This document shows positions 9,314-19,504 of a stretch of DNA of 64,000 bases, in pieces. How positions within the stretch are numbered: position 1 is the stretch's first letter; every line of letters starts with the position of its first letter. The notes beneath the pieces were generated by a model, which was not told the DNA's origin, did not search any database, and saw only the letters and a program-made list of their open reading frames with translations. The DNA comes from an uncultured Gemmatimonadales bacterium (GTDB lineage: Bacteria > Gemmatimonadota > Gemmatimonadetes > Gemmatimonadales > GWC2-71-9), in the NCBI GenBank assembly GCA_963828735.1, contig CAWHFW010000005.1, positions 1,664,001-1,728,000 of the forward strand, read 5' to 3'. The position numbers were made by a program, and so were the translations under genes.

Positions 9314-10060
9314 ATGGATCCTCGACGACCCCCTTGGCGCGAAGTAGCCGGGCGACGACCCGCAATGGGAGACGTGGCGCTGGTGGCCGCGCTCCGGTGC
9401 GAGGACGAAGGCGCTCTGCGCGAGTTCTATCTGCGCTTCCGTCCCATGCTCCTGGCTGCCGCCGGCCGCCTCGGGGTGGATGGCGGTGAGCGCGAGGTGC
9501 TGGCCGACGACTGCCTGGCGGACGTCGCCGTCCATCTCATCACCTCGAGTGCCCCGCCGCCCCGCTGCCTGCCGGCCTACCTGACGCGGAGTCTTCGCAA
9601 TCGGGTGCTCAACGGCGCACGGGCGCGGACCCGCGCCGAGCGTCGGGACGCTCACGCCGTGCACGCAGGTCCGGACGAAGGCGAGATCGCGGCCTGCTCG
9701 GAGCACGCCCGCCGCGCGAGCGGCGAGCCGGACGCCCCGCCGCTCTCGCCCGTGCTCGAGCGCCTCGCCACCGCCCTCGAGGCCACACTGGGCGAAGACG
9801 ACCATCTCCTTGCCGTATGGATGAGCCACTGCGCTCCCCAGCGCGACATCGCGGTCTGGCTCGGCATCGCTTACAAGGCGGCGGCCAAGAGGATCGAACG
9901 TCTCCGCGAGCGGCTGCAGCTCGCGGCGCTGCGTCACGTCGAAGGCACGGACGGCGAGGAACGCCGGGAGCTGCTCACCTTTCTCGGACGGGCCACGCTC
10001 GCACCGGGCCCGGCCGCCCGGCTCGCGGCCGTGCGCGATTCTGTGGAGGAAACGGCATGA
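9314..10060 (+). CDS. ECF-type sigma-70 factor
   Basis: Region 2 (DVALVAAL..EDEGALREFYLRF; LPAYLTRSLRNRVLNGARAR) and region 4 HTH (QRDIAVWLGIAYKAAAKRIERLRERL). Alternative start at 9365. Confidence 0.8.
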   Translation: MDPRRPPWREVAGRRPAMGDVALVAALRCEDEGALREFYLRFRPMLLAAAGRLGVDGGEREVLADDCLADVAVHLITSSAPPPRCLPAYLTRSLRNRVLNGARARTRAERRDAHAVHAGPDEGEIAACSEHARRASGEPDAPPLSPVLERLATALEATLGEDDHLLAVWMSHCAPQRDIAVWLGIAYKAAAKRIERLRERLQLAALRHVEGTDGEERRELLTFLGRATLAPGPAARLAAVRDSVEETA

Positions 10061-10749
10061 GCGACAGGAACGAGTGGGAGCGCGATGCGGTCGTCTGGCT
10101 CGCCGGGCGGCGCATCGAGGCCCGGGAAGGAGGCGGCCCGGCCCGCCACGCGGGGTTCGATCGCTGGCGCGCGGCCGCGGAGCGGGAAGCGGCCGCGGCA
10201 CGGTTCGCCGAACGGGTACGGGCGCGCGTGGCGACGGTCGGTCGCGGCGTGCGTCGCATCGACCACGCCCCGGAGCCGATTCGGGTCGGCCTGTCGGGCG
10301 CGCTCGCGACGACGCTCGCGGCCGCTCGAGGCCTTGGCGCGGCGCCGCTGGTCGAGCTTGGCGTCGCCGCTGGCACGGGCCGCGAGCTGCTCGACGAGGC
10401 GTGCGAGGTCTGGGTCGCGCTGCCCGCCGATCTCCCGGCCGGCCGCTACGTGGCGATCCGGGTGGTCGGAGACAGCATGGTGCCACTGCTCCATTCCGGG
10501 GACGTGGTCCTCGTGGACCTCGACGGCGCCGTCGCGGCCGGTGCGGTGGCCGTGGCCCGGCATCCGGACCATGGCTATGTCGTGAAGCGGGTAGGACGGG
10601 CGCTGGAGTCGGGGTTTTTCCTGGAATCCTTCAACCCGGCGTACCCGAGCCTCTGGCTGGCGGCGGGATCGGGGAAGCTGCTCGGGCCGGTGGTGCTTCG
10701 GTGGTGCGACCATCGCCCGTCGAAACCGAGACTTGCCACCGCTCCGTAG
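10057..10749 (+). CDS. S24 (LexA/UmuD/cI-type) autopeptidase lacking an HTH; candidate anti-sigma factor
   Basis: GGAGGA RBS and ATGA overlap with the sigma gene. Cleavage loop PLVELGVAAG, catalytic Ser RVVGDSM, catalytic Lys YVVKR, and LESFNPAYP. Confidence 0.85.
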   Translation: MSDRNEWERDAVVWLAGRRIEAREGGGPARHAGFDRWRAAAEREAAAARFAERVRARVATVGRGVRRIDHAPEPIRVGLSGALATTLAAARGLGAAPLVELGVAAGTGRELLDEACEVWVALPADLPAGRYVAIRVVGDSMVPLLHSGDVVLVDLDGAVAAGAVAVARHPDHGYVVKRVGRALESGFFLESFNPAYPSLWLAAGSGKLLGPVVLRWCDHRPSKPRLATAP

Positions 10750-10801
10750 TCAGGGCATCATCCGCGCCGGGCGAATGCCCGGCCACCTCATCGGAGTGTC
10801 C

Positions 10802-12793
10802 ATGGCACGTTGCGTTCTGGCTCGTCGGCGGTTCCCGGTCCTGATTCTCGCGGTCACCGCCGCCTGCTCCGGCGGCAAGTCCGCGCCCACCACGCCCGCC
10901 CCGGCCACCACCCGCGAGAGCACGACCGCGCCCGCCACCGTCCACTCGCTGCCCGTGCCGGCGCTCGAGGGCTACGAGCTTGCCGTGAACCGTGGGACCC
11001 GTGGGCGGAATGGCGCGCCTGGCCCGCGCTACTGGCAGCAGTGGGCGGACTACACGCTCCAGGCGGAGCTCAATCCGGTCTCCAAGCGGATGACCGGCAA
11101 GGGCACGATCAAGTACTACAATCGCTCGCCGGACACGCTCCGCACGGTCTACATCCAGCTACTGCAGAACATCTACGCGCCGGGGGCGCGCCACAACACG
11201 AACGTGCCGTGGTCCGTCGAGGGGGTCGAGCTCACCCGCGTCGCCGCGCAGGGGGCCAGCATCGCCGAGGTCGGAGGTGACGGAGCGGGCTACGATGTGA
11301 GCGGCACGATCATGCGAGTCCGGTTGCCCAAGCCGCTCGTTCCGGGAGGCACGGCCGACCTCGCCATCGACTGGAAGCTCCGCGTTCCGCCCGACGGCGC
11401 GCCGCGTGGCGGCCAGGACGGAGAGGTCTTCTTCATGAACTACTGGTACCCGCAGATGGCCGTCTACGACGACATCAACGGGTGGCAGATCGACCAGTAT
11501 CTGGGCAACGCCGAGTTCTACATGGGGTACGGGAACTACGACGTGAGCCTCACCGTGCCGGCGGGCTGGCTGGTGACGGCCACGGGTACGCTGCAGAATC
11601 CCGACCAGGTGCTCACGGCGCAGACGCGCGCGCGGCTCGACTCGGCGCGAGCGGGGCACAGCGTGGTGCACGTGGTGACCGATCTCGAGCGCGAGCCGGG
11701 CAAGTCCACCACCGTCGGCACCGACGGCAAGCTCACCTGGCACTTCCGCGCCCAGAACGTGCGCGACGTGGCCTGGGCCACCTCAGCGCGGTATCTCTGG
11801 GACGCCACGACGGCCGCGGTCGGTGATGCCAACGGCGACGGCAAGCCCGACACCTCGTTGATCCAGGCGTTCTGGCGGCCCGAGGAGCGGACCAATCATT
11901 GGGACGAGAGCGCGCGCTACGGCCAGCACTCGATCGAGTTCTTCTCCAAGTATCTCTGGCCGTATCCCTATCCCCACATGACGGCGGTGGACGGCCCGAA
12001 CTCCTGTGGCGGCATGGAGTACCCGATGATGACATGCATCGGCGGGCAATGGGATACGCTCGGCATGTACGAGGTGACGACCCACGAGATCGGTCACATG
12101 TGGTTCCCGATGATCGTGGGCTCGGACGAAAAGCGCTTCGCCTGGATGGATGAGGGCTTCACCCAGTTCGACCAGTCGCAATCCATGGCCGACTTCTTCA
12201 AGGGATTCGACGACGAGGCGCGGAACCGGAAGAACTACATGGACTTCTCGTCCGTGGCGGGAGAGGTCGAGCTGATGCACCATGGCGACCGGTTCCCCAG
12301 CTACAACGCCTACGGCGTCGCGGCCTACTACAAGCCGGCCACCGTCCTCGTCGCGCTGCGGGGCGTGCTGGGGCGCGATCTCTTCCACAAGGCCTTCGTC
12401 GAGTATATCAGGCGCTGGCAGTACAAGCATCCGTCGCCCTATGATTTCTTCGAGACGGTCGGGGACGTCGCGGGCCGGGATCTTTCGTGGTTCTGGCGGA
12501 CCTGGTTCTTCGAGACGTGGCGTCTCGACCAGGCCATCGACACGGTCGCGATCGACGGGGACTCGTTGGACGTCTTGCTCGAGAACCGCGGCAAGGCGCC
12601 GATGCCGGTGCCCCTGGTGATCACTCGAGCCGACCGCGCCGACACGGTGACGGTCCCCGTGGACGTCTGGCTCAGCGGCGCCAAGCGGACGATGGTGAAG
12701 GTGGCCAAGGAACCGGCGGTGAAGAGCATGGAGATCGACCCGGGCCATGACTTTCCGGATATGGATCGGGACAATCAGCGGTGGCCGAGATAG
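10802..12793 (+). CDS. M1-family metallo-aminopeptidase, lipoprotein
   Basis: Lipobox TAAC, GGMEY, and HEIGH...WMDEG zinc motif. Confidence 0.93.
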   Translation: MARCVLARRRFPVLILAVTAACSGGKSAPTTPAPATTRESTTAPATVHSLPVPALEGYELAVNRGTRGRNGAPGPRYWQQWADYTLQAELNPVSKRMTGKGTIKYYNRSPDTLRTVYIQLLQNIYAPGARHNTNVPWSVEGVELTRVAAQGASIAEVGGDGAGYDVSGTIMRVRLPKPLVPGGTADLAIDWKLRVPPDGAPRGGQDGEVFFMNYWYPQMAVYDDINGWQIDQYLGNAEFYMGYGNYDVSLTVPAGWLVTATGTLQNPDQVLTAQTRARLDSARAGHSVVHVVTDLEREPGKSTTVGTDGKLTWHFRAQNVRDVAWATSARYLWDATTAAVGDANGDGKPDTSLIQAFWRPEERTNHWDESARYGQHSIEFFSKYLWPYPYPHMTAVDGPNSCGGMEYPMMTCIGGQWDTLGMYEVTTHEIGHMWFPMIVGSDEKRFAWMDEGFTQFDQSQSMADFFKGFDDEARNRKNYMDFSSVAGEVELMHHGDRFPSYNAYGVAAYYKPATVLVALRGVLGRDLFHKAFVEYIRRWQYKHPSPYDFFETVGDVAGRDLSWFWRTWFFETWRLDQAIDTVAIDGDSLDVLLENRGKAPMPVPLVITRADRADTVTVPVDVWLSGAKRTMVKVAKEPAVKSMEIDPGHDFPDMDRDNQRWPR

Positions 12794-12858
12794 GGCGAGG
12801 ACCCTCGACCCTTCGACCCCCTGACGGCCCGACCCCCCCGAAGGGTAACTTTTCCCAC

Positions 12859-15069
12859 ATGCCCCGCCTCCTGATCGTCGCCAACCGGCTGCCCATCACC
12901 GTCAGCACCACCGAGCGTGGCGTCGAGGTGCAGCGGAGCACGGGAGGGCTGGCCACCGGGCTCCTGCGCTCGCATGAGAACTCGGACGGCGTCTGGATCG
13001 GCTGGACGGGGGCCCCGGCCGACCTCAACCCCGCACAGCGGGCGGCGCTGGACCAAGAACTCGCGACGATGCGACTGGTGGGGGTGCCGCTTTCCGCCGA
13101 ACTCGTGACCAGCTTCTACGAGGGGTATTCGAACGGCGTTCTGTGGCCGCTCTTTCACTACTTATTGGACCAAGTCCCGCTCCAGATCAGCCATTGGGAC
13201 GGCTACGTGGAGGCCAACGAAGCCTTCGCCGACGTGGTAGCCGCGCACTACCGGCCCGGCGACATGATCTGGATTCACGACTACCAGCTCTTCCTGCTCC
13301 CCGGCCTCCTGCGCGAACGCCTGCCCGGAGCCCGGATCGGGTTCTTCCTCCACATTCCGTTTCCGTCCGAAGAGCTGTTCCGCACGCTGCCCTCGCGCGA
13401 CCGCCTGCTGCAGGGCATGCTCGGCGCCGACCTGGTCGGCTTCCATACACCGGCGTATCTCCGGCACTTCGCGACATCGCTGACCGACATCCTCGGTTAC
13501 ACGGTCGAGATCGACCGGGTGCAGGTGCCCGGTCGGGAGGTTCGGCTGGGAGTGTTCCCGATGGGCGTGGACGCCGCGGCGTTCGCCATGATGGCCGGGG
13601 ATCCGGCGGTGGACGGCGAAGTCCACGCCATTCGGGGCGACGGCAGCGTGCGGATCCTCTTGGGTGTGGACCGGCTGGACTATACCAAGGGGATCCCGCG
13701 TCGCCTTCTCGCCTTCGAGCGCATGCTGGAGCGGCATCCGGACCTGCGCGAGAAGGTGCGTCTGGTGCAGGTGGCCGTTCCGTCACGGACCAACGTTGGG
13801 GCCTATCAGGATTTTCGCTCGTTGGTGGATGGGCTGGTCGGTCGGATCAACGGCGCGTTCGGCACACCGCGATGGGTTCCCGTGCACTACATCTTCCGCG
13901 GGCTGCCCGAGTCCGACCTGGTCGCGCTCTATCGCGCCGCCGACGTGATGCTCGTGACCCCTCTGCGCGACGGCATGAATCTGGTCGCCAAGGAGTTTGT
14001 CGCCTCGCGGACCGACGGAGACGGCGTGCTGGTGCTGAGCGAGTTCGCCGGCGCGGCGTGGGAGCTGCCCGAGGCGCTCCAGGTCAACCCGTACGACCTC
14101 GAAGGCTCGGCCGAGCAGTACTACCGCGCGCTCATGATGCCGCGCGAGGAGCGCCGCGCGCGCCTGGCACCCCTTCGGACCCGCGTGCACACGTTCGATG
14201 TCCATCGCTGGGTGGCCTCGTTCCTCGAGTGCCTCGCCGAGATCGCCCCGGCTGAGGCGAGGCTGGCGGCGACGGCCGGCGGCGCGGCGGCCAGGCGCGA
14301 GCTGGCAGGTCGGCTCGCGGAAACGGAGGCGCTGATCCTCCTCCTCGATTACGACGGCACGCTCGTGCCATTCACGCCGACCCCCGAGCTGGCGCGGCCC
14401 GATCCCACCCTGCGCGGCCTCCTCCGCGCGCTCGCCGCGCGACCGGATACGGAGGTGCATCTGGTGAGCGGCCGGCCCCAGGAAACCCTGGATGAGTGGT
14501 TCGGCGATCTCCCGATCTGGCTCCATGCCGAGCACGGCTTCGTGTCGCGCGATCCGTCGATCCGGAATTGGGTGGCGGCGGCGGAGTTCGGCGGGAGCTG
14601 GCGCGAGCCGGTGCTGGCGATGCTCCGGGAGATCACGCAGCGGACGCCGGGGTCGCTGGTGGAGGTCAAGGCCGCCGCACTCGCGTGGCACTACCGTATG
14701 GCCGACCAGGAGACCGGCGCCCGCCGGGCCAATGAGCTCCGGCTCCACCTGAGCCAGCTGTTGAGCAACCAGCCCGTGGAGATCCTCGCGGGCAACCGGG
14801 TGATCGAGATCCGGCCCTATGGCGTGCACAAGGGGCGCATCGTTCCCGCGCTCCCGCCGGACCGGCTGGCCGCGACCACGATCCTGGCCATCGGCGACGA
14901 CCGCACCGACGAGGACCTGTTCGGCGTCCTTCCACCGGATGCCATTTCGATCAAGGTCGGGCCGGGAGATACCAAGGCGCGGTTCCGGGTGGACGGCGTG
15001 GCCGCGGTTCGACAACTGCTGCACTCGCTGGTGGACGCGGGGGTGGGCGTGGGTGCGGAGCGGGGTTAG
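12859..15069 (+). CDS. Bifunctional trehalose-6-phosphate synthase/phosphatase (OtsA-OtsB fusion)
   Basis: [36 protein letters not shown], plus HAD motifs LDYDGTL and GDDRTDED. Confidence 0.95.
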   Translation: MPRLLIVANRLPITVSTTERGVEVQRSTGGLATGLLRSHENSDGVWIGWTGAPADLNPAQRAALDQELATMRLVGVPLSAELVTSFYEGYSNGVLWPLFHYLLDQVPLQISHWDGYVEANEAFADVVAAHYRPGDMIWIHDYQLFLLPGLLRERLPGARIGFFLHIPFPSEELFRTLPSRDRLLQGMLGADLVGFHTPAYLRHFATSLTDILGYTVEIDRVQVPGREVRLGVFPMGVDAAAFAMMAGDPAVDGEVHAIRGDGSVRILLGVDRLDYTKGIPRRLLAFERMLERHPDLREKVRLVQVAVPSRTNVGAYQDFRSLVDGLVGRINGAFGTPRWVPVHYIFRGLPESDLVALYRAADVMLVTPLRDGMNLVAKEFVASRTDGDGVLVLSEFAGAAWELPEALQVNPYDLEGSAEQYYRALMMPREERRARLAPLRTRVHTFDVHRWVASFLECLAEIAPAEARLAATAGGAAARRELAGRLAETEALILLLDYDGTLVPFTPTPELARPDPTLRGLLRALAARPDTEVHLVSGRPQETLDEWFGDLPIWLHAEHGFVSRDPSIRNWVAAAEFGGSWREPVLAMLREITQRTPGSLVEVKAAALAWHYRMADQETGARRANELRLHLSQLLSNQPVEILAGNRVIEIRPYGVHKGRIVPALPPDRLAATTILAIGDDRTDEDLFGVLPPDAISIKVGPGDTKARFRVDGVAAVRQLLHSLVDAGVGVGAERG

Positions 15070-15081
15070 GTCGGACCACCC

Positions 15082-16215
15082 ATGCGCATCGAAACCCTCG
15101 CGGTTCACGCCGGCCACCATCCCGATCCTGCGACGGGCGCGGTGACGCCTCCAATTCACCTCACCACCACGTTCGCCCGCGACGCCGAGGGCGCCCTTCC
15201 GCACGGGTTCATCTACGCTCGCAGCGACAACCCGACCCGCCGCGAGCTCGAGACCTCACTCGCCGCGCTCGAGGGTGGCGAGACGGCCCTGGCCTTCGCG
15301 TCCGGCATGGCGGCCACCGCAGCCGTGTTCCAGTCGATGCTGCCGGGCGAGCACGTCGTCGCCCCACAGGACGCCTACTACGGCACGGCGAAGCTCCTGC
15401 GCGAGGTGATGGCCGGCTGGGGGCTCGACAGTACGCTGGTGGACATGGCCGACACGCACGCGGTCGCGGAGGCGGTGCGGCCCGAGACCCGGCTCATCTG
15501 GATCGAGACGCCGTCGAACCCGAGCCTCGCCGTCACCGATATCCCGCGGATTTCCGCGATCGCGCGGGCGGCGGGCGCGCGCTGCGTCTGCGACAACACG
15601 TGGGCCACGCCCATGCTCCAGCGGCCGCTCGCGCTCGGCTGCGACGCGGTGATGCACTCGACGACCAAGTACCTGGGCGGCCACAGCGATCTGACCGGCG
15701 GCGCGCTGGTGCTCCCGGCCGACGACGAGTGGGCCGCCCGCCTCCGCACGCTGCAGCAGCTCGGCGGCGCGGTCCCTTCCGCGTTCGACTGCTGGCTGCT
15801 GATGCGCGGCATCCGAAGTCTGGCCTGGCGAATGCGCGGGCACTGCGAGAACGCGGCTCGGGTCGCGTCGTTTCTCGCGTCCCACCCGGCTGTGGAGGTG
15901 GTGCACTACCCCGGCCTCGCGAGCGACCCGGGCCACGCGGTCGCCGGGCGACAGATGACGGCCTTCGGAGGAATGGTCTCGATACAGGTGAAGGGCGGCG
16001 CCGACGCCGCGCTCGGCGTCGTGCGGCAGGTGAAGCTGTTCACGCCGGCCACCAGCCTGGGGGGAACGGAAAGCCTGATCGAGCACCGGGCGTCGGTGGA
16101 AGGACCGGAGAGCCGCACGCCGCCCGGCCTGCTGCGGCTCTCGATTGGATTGGAACACGCCGAGGACCTGGTCGGGGATCTCGACCAGGCGCTGCGCGCC
16201 GCTACTCGCTGCTGA
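15082..16215 (+). CDS. Cystathionine gamma-synthase/lyase family PLP enzyme
   Basis: YARSDNPT, FASGMAA, ETPSNP, DNTWATP, HSTTKYLGGHSD and SLGGTESL. Confidence 0.92.
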   Translation: MRIETLAVHAGHHPDPATGAVTPPIHLTTTFARDAEGALPHGFIYARSDNPTRRELETSLAALEGGETALAFASGMAATAAVFQSMLPGEHVVAPQDAYYGTAKLLREVMAGWGLDSTLVDMADTHAVAEAVRPETRLIWIETPSNPSLAVTDIPRISAIARAAGARCVCDNTWATPMLQRPLALGCDAVMHSTTKYLGGHSDLTGGALVLPADDEWAARLRTLQQLGGAVPSAFDCWLLMRGIRSLAWRMRGHCENAARVASFLASHPAVEVVHYPGLASDPGHAVAGRQMTAFGGMVSIQVKGGADAALGVVRQVKLFTPATSLGGTESLIEHRASVEGPESRTPPGLLRLSIGLEHAEDLVGDLDQALRAATRC

Positions 16216-16615
16216 CGGCCTCGGGCTGGATTCGTCGCAGGGCGCGCTTGGCGGCCGCGGCGATCTCGTCGTTGATCTCCTCGTCCATCATCTTCTTGAG
16301 CTTCGGGACCGCGGCCTTGGCGGCCGGACCGATCTCGGCCAGCGCGACCGTGACGGGGAACCGCACCGACGCCTCGGAATCGTCGAGCGCCTCGATGAGC
16401 GCCGGCACGGCGGGAGCAGCCGCCGGGCCCATCCCCGAGATCTCGTAGGCAGCGGCGTTCCGCGTCTGCGGGGCGATGGCCTTGAGGTCGGCGACCCACT
16501 CGGTCAGCGTCCGCCCGTCCGCCACGGGCTCCTTGGCGGTCGCTCCCTGCGCCCACGCGCTCGACGTCAGGACCAGCGCGGCTACGGCAAGCGGGCCCAG
16601 GATTCGTTTCGACAT
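16202..16615 (-). CDS. Secreted HEAT-repeat protein
   Basis: GGAGG RBS, signal peptide, and repeats GPAAAPAVPALIEAL and GPAAKAAVPKLKKM. Confidence 0.8.
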   Translation of the reverse strand: MSKRILGPLAVAALVLTSSAWAQGATAKEPVADGRTLTEWVADLKAIAPQTRNAAAYEISGMGPAAAPAVPALIEALDDSEASVRFPVTVALAEIGPAAKAAVPKLKKMMDEEINDEIAAAAKRALRRIQPEAVSSE

Positions 16616-16632
16616 GCAGCCTCCAACGAGGG

Positions 16633-17589
16633 TCATTTCGCGGGGCGCGACCGCGCCCCTGACGAAATATAGGCGTACATCCCCTCGAAGACGGCGGCGC
16701 CGCGCTCGAGCCGCTCGGCGTCGTCCGGATAGGCCACGACCAGCCCGTTGATCAGCGCGGCGATTCCCGGCACCTCGGGTCGGCCGAACTTTTCGTCCTT
16801 GAGATCCACGTCGTGAACGATCTCGGCGAGCGCCCGAAGGCCCGGCTCGCCGAGCCCGAAGCGCGTGAGCAAGGTCTCGAACGTGCAGCGATCACCCTCG
16901 TGGGTGAACTCGCCCTGATACATGTCGAAGCGGAGCTCGCCGGGCTCGGGCTGGTAGCCCTTGGCCGGCACGAACTTGAACCGCGCGGCCGGATCGATGA
17001 ACCGGCGGATGAGCCAGGCGCTCGAGATCCGGTCCACCTTGACGCCGGTGCGTGTGACCCAGGTGGCGCCAGACGGTCGGGGGACGGATCCCTGCTCGGC
17101 GACCTCGGTCCCGCGTTCGGAGAGGGCGGCTTCCGCCGCCGCCCGACCCGGCGCGTCGAAGAAGTCGAGCCGCTCAGTCTCCTCCAGCCGGCGACGCAGG
17201 CGGTCCCTCGCCTCGTCGGATCGGTCGTCACCGCCCAGGGACCGCGCTTCCTCCGCGATCGCCGCGTAGTCGGATGTCCGCTCGGATTCGAACATGGTCC
17301 GGATCTCCTCGTCGCTGATGCCCGCCAGAAACTGTCCGCGACAGAGCGCGGCCTCGCCCCCCTCCGCTCGGATCTCCCGCACCAGCCACTCGAAGTCCTC
17401 CCGCGTGTCCGCTCGCCGAGGCAGCACGTAGACGGAGTTCTTGAGCGCCACAGCCCCGATGCGCTGCAGACGGCGGCGGACCTTCACGCGGAAGTAGTCC
17501 GGCTTGGGCGGGATCTGGTGGAAGAGCACGAGCCATTCGGGCGGGCGGGTGCCGCCCTCTTGCGCGAATATCGCAGTTGAATCATTCAT
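16633..17589 (-). CDS. chrB: ChrB-family chromate-resistance regulator
   Basis: WLVLFHQIPPKPDYFRVKVRRRL, WVTR..VKVDRISSAWLIRRFIDPAARF, and FTHEGDRCTFETLL. Confidence 0.85.
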   Translation of the reverse strand: MNDSTAIFAQEGGTRPPEWLVLFHQIPPKPDYFRVKVRRRLQRIGAVALKNSVYVLPRRADTREDFEWLVREIRAEGGEAALCRGQFLAGISDEEIRTMFESERTSDYAAIAEEARSLGGDDRSDEARDRLRRRLEETERLDFFDAPGRAAAEAALSERGTEVAEQGSVPRPSGATWVTRTGVKVDRISSAWLIRRFIDPAARFKFVPAKGYQPEPGELRFDMYQGEFTHEGDRCTFETLLTRFGLGEPGLRALAEIVHDVDLKDEKFGRPEVPGIAALINGLVVAYPDDAERLERGAAVFEGMYAYISSGARSRPAK

Positions 17590-17600
17590 AGTATCAACTG
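17574..17600. promoter_or_regulatory. Candidate operator (inverted repeat) at the divergent chrB/CMD promoter
   Basis: CAGTTGA-N13-TCAACTG in an AT-rich island overlapping the chrB start. Confidence 0.5.
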
Positions 17601-17634
17601 TAGCATTCCATGAAGCCTGCCGCAAGGAGGCCCC

Positions 17635-18027
17635 ATGCAGCGGCAATTCGATCTGGTCTACGCCTACCTGGCCCTGGGTCAGCGGCCCGGCAACGCGGGC
17701 GAGGTGGACGAGCGCACGAGGCTCCTGGTGCGCGAGCTGGCCGCGGAGCGAAGCGGGTGTCGCTGGTGCATCGACCGGACGCGGCACGACTGGCGCGTGG
17801 CCGGGTTGCCGGTGGATCTTCTGTCCGACATCGGCCGCCATGATTCGGCGTCCGCGTTCACCGAGGCCGAGCGTTCTGCGCTCGCGCTGGTGGACTCGAT
17901 CGCCTGCGCGACCGGGCGCGCCGCCGAGGCCATGTCCCAAGTCCGCCGCCACTTTTCCGAGCGCGCGATGGCCGAGCTCATCGCGTGCATGGCCGACCAC
18001 CACCTTATCGCCGACGGGCATCCATGA
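17635..18027 (+). CDS. Carboxymuconolactone decarboxylase/AhpD-like protein
   Basis: AAGGAGG RBS, CxxC (GCRWC), FTEAERSALAL and VRRHFSE. Confidence 0.75.
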   Translation: MQRQFDLVYAYLALGQRPGNAGEVDERTRLLVRELAAERSGCRWCIDRTRHDWRVAGLPVDLLSDIGRHDSASAFTEAERSALALVDSIACATGRAAEAMSQVRRHFSERAMAELIACMADHHLIADGHP

Positions 18028-19415
18028 CCGCTCGCCTCCGCATCGCGCTCTGCTTCGCCGCTCTCTCGCTGCCGGCCCTGGGCTCGCTCCAGGCGCAGCA
18101 GGCTGACATCGCCACCGCCTATCGCGCCGCGGCGGACAGTCTGATCCGAGCCGCTACCGCGGACAGCGCGGCCTACCAACGACTCGGCCGTTTGGTGGAC
18201 ACGTTCGGCAGCCGCATCAGCGGCTCGGCGAGCCTCGAGGCGGCGATCGACTGGATCCTCGACACGATGAAGGACGACGGCTTGCAGAACGTGCGGGGCG
18301 AGCCGGTCATGGTACCGCACTGGGTTCGCGGCGAGGAATCGGCCGAGCTGGTGAAGCCGCGGCGGGCAAAGCTCGCCATGCTTGGGCTCGGCATGAGCGT
18401 CGGCACGCCGCGGAAGGGCATCACCGCGCCGGTGCTGGTGGTGGGATCGCTGGACGAGCTGCAGCAGCGCGCCGCGGAGGCCAAGGGGAAGATCGTCCTG
18501 CTCGACGTGCCGTTCACCGACTACGTCGCCACGCGGAAGGTCCGGACCGACGGTCCTTCCGCGGCGGCGAAGGTCGGCGCGGTCGCATGCCTCATCCGTT
18601 CGGTGGCGTCCAGCTCGATCCGGAGCCCGCACACCGGCCAGACGCGCTACGACTCGACCGCGGCGAAGATCCCCGCGGCCGCGCTCAGCGTGGAGGACGC
18701 GGCGATGCTGCATCGGTTCCAGAATCGCGGCGAGCCGATCGTGCTCACGCTTCGCATGGGGGCCAAGACCTTGCCCGATGCGCCGTCGCGCAACGTGGTG
18801 GCCGAGGTGGTCGGACGGGAGAAGCCGGACGAGGTAGTCGTCGTGGGCGGCCACATCGATTCTTGGGACGTGGGGCAGGGCGCGATGGACGACGGAGGCG
18901 GCTCGGTGGCGGCGTGGGAGGCCGTCCGGCTGATGCAGCGCCTCAACCTCCACCCTCGACGCACCGTGCGCGTGGTGCTCTGGACCAACGAGGAGAACGG
19001 CGGCGCCGGGGCCGAGGCCTATGCCGCTTCGCAGGCAGCTCAGGTGGACAAGCACGTCCTCGCGATCGAGTCGGACAACGGCGTGTTCAATCCCAAGGGG
19101 TTCGTCCTGGCGGCCTCGGACTCGTCGGCGGCGGTGGTGCGGCAGGTGGCGGCGCTGCTCCAGTCCATCAACGCGACGGAGGTGCAGCGCGTGACCGAGA
19201 GTCCCGCCGCGGACATCACTCCCCTCGCCAAGCAGGGCGTGCCCACCATGGAGCTCGACGTGGACAGCGGCCGCTACTTCTGGTATCACCACAGCGAAGG
19301 CGACATGCTGGACAAGCTGGACCCCGGCGAGATGGCGCGGTGCGTGGCGTCGATCGCGGTCATGGCCTACGTGGTCGCGGACCTGCCGGACGCCCTTCCG
19401 CACGCGACGAACTGA
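18024..19415 (+). CDS. M28 peptidase (carboxypeptidase Q-like)
   Basis: GGHIDSWDVGQGAMDDGGG, NEENG, IESD and YHHSEGD, with signal peptide and ATGA overlap. Confidence 0.92.
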   Translation: MTARLRIALCFAALSLPALGSLQAQQADIATAYRAAADSLIRAATADSAAYQRLGRLVDTFGSRISGSASLEAAIDWILDTMKDDGLQNVRGEPVMVPHWVRGEESAELVKPRRAKLAMLGLGMSVGTPRKGITAPVLVVGSLDELQQRAAEAKGKIVLLDVPFTDYVATRKVRTDGPSAAAKVGAVACLIRSVASSSIRSPHTGQTRYDSTAAKIPAAALSVEDAAMLHRFQNRGEPIVLTLRMGAKTLPDAPSRNVVAEVVGREKPDEVVVVGGHIDSWDVGQGAMDDGGGSVAAWEAVRLMQRLNLHPRRTVRVVLWTNEENGGAGAEAYAASQAAQVDKHVLAIESDNGVFNPKGFVLAASDSSAAVVRQVAALLQSINATEVQRVTESPAADITPLAKQGVPTMELDVDSGRYFWYHHSEGDMLDKLDPGEMARCVASIAVMAYVVADLPDALPHATN

Positions 19416-19504
19416 AGGGCGGCATCCGGTGGCGCCGGGCATGGGGGGCGAAACCGTCCGTCGCCCCCCCGCGTAGGCCTTGGTACCTCTCACATCCCGA
19501 GCCC

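Noticed and set aside
10057..10749. S24 protein as canonical LexA, UmuD or prophage cI repressor
   Set aside because: It has no recognisable N-terminal HTH, no adjacent umuC/imu genes and no phage structural or integrase genes. It is instead coupled to a sigma factor.
8532..10749. Prophage remnant
   Set aside because: There is no integrase, att-like repeat or compositional shift, and the flanks are ordinary host genes.
12800..12840. Imperfect CGACCC repeats between the M1 peptidase and trehalose genes
   Set aside because: Short, degenerate and low-complexity, with no evidence of function.
19444..19470. GGGGGGCGA...TCGCCCCCC hairpin as a novel element
   Set aside because: Most simply an ordinary terminator-like stem after the M28 peptidase gene.
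18587..19504. N-terminal extension making a 1089-aa ORF
   Set aside because: It overlaps the M28 peptidase in another frame and is low-complexity. The real start is ATG 19505. The same applies to the extensions of ORFs 2912, 16633, 19642 and 57786.
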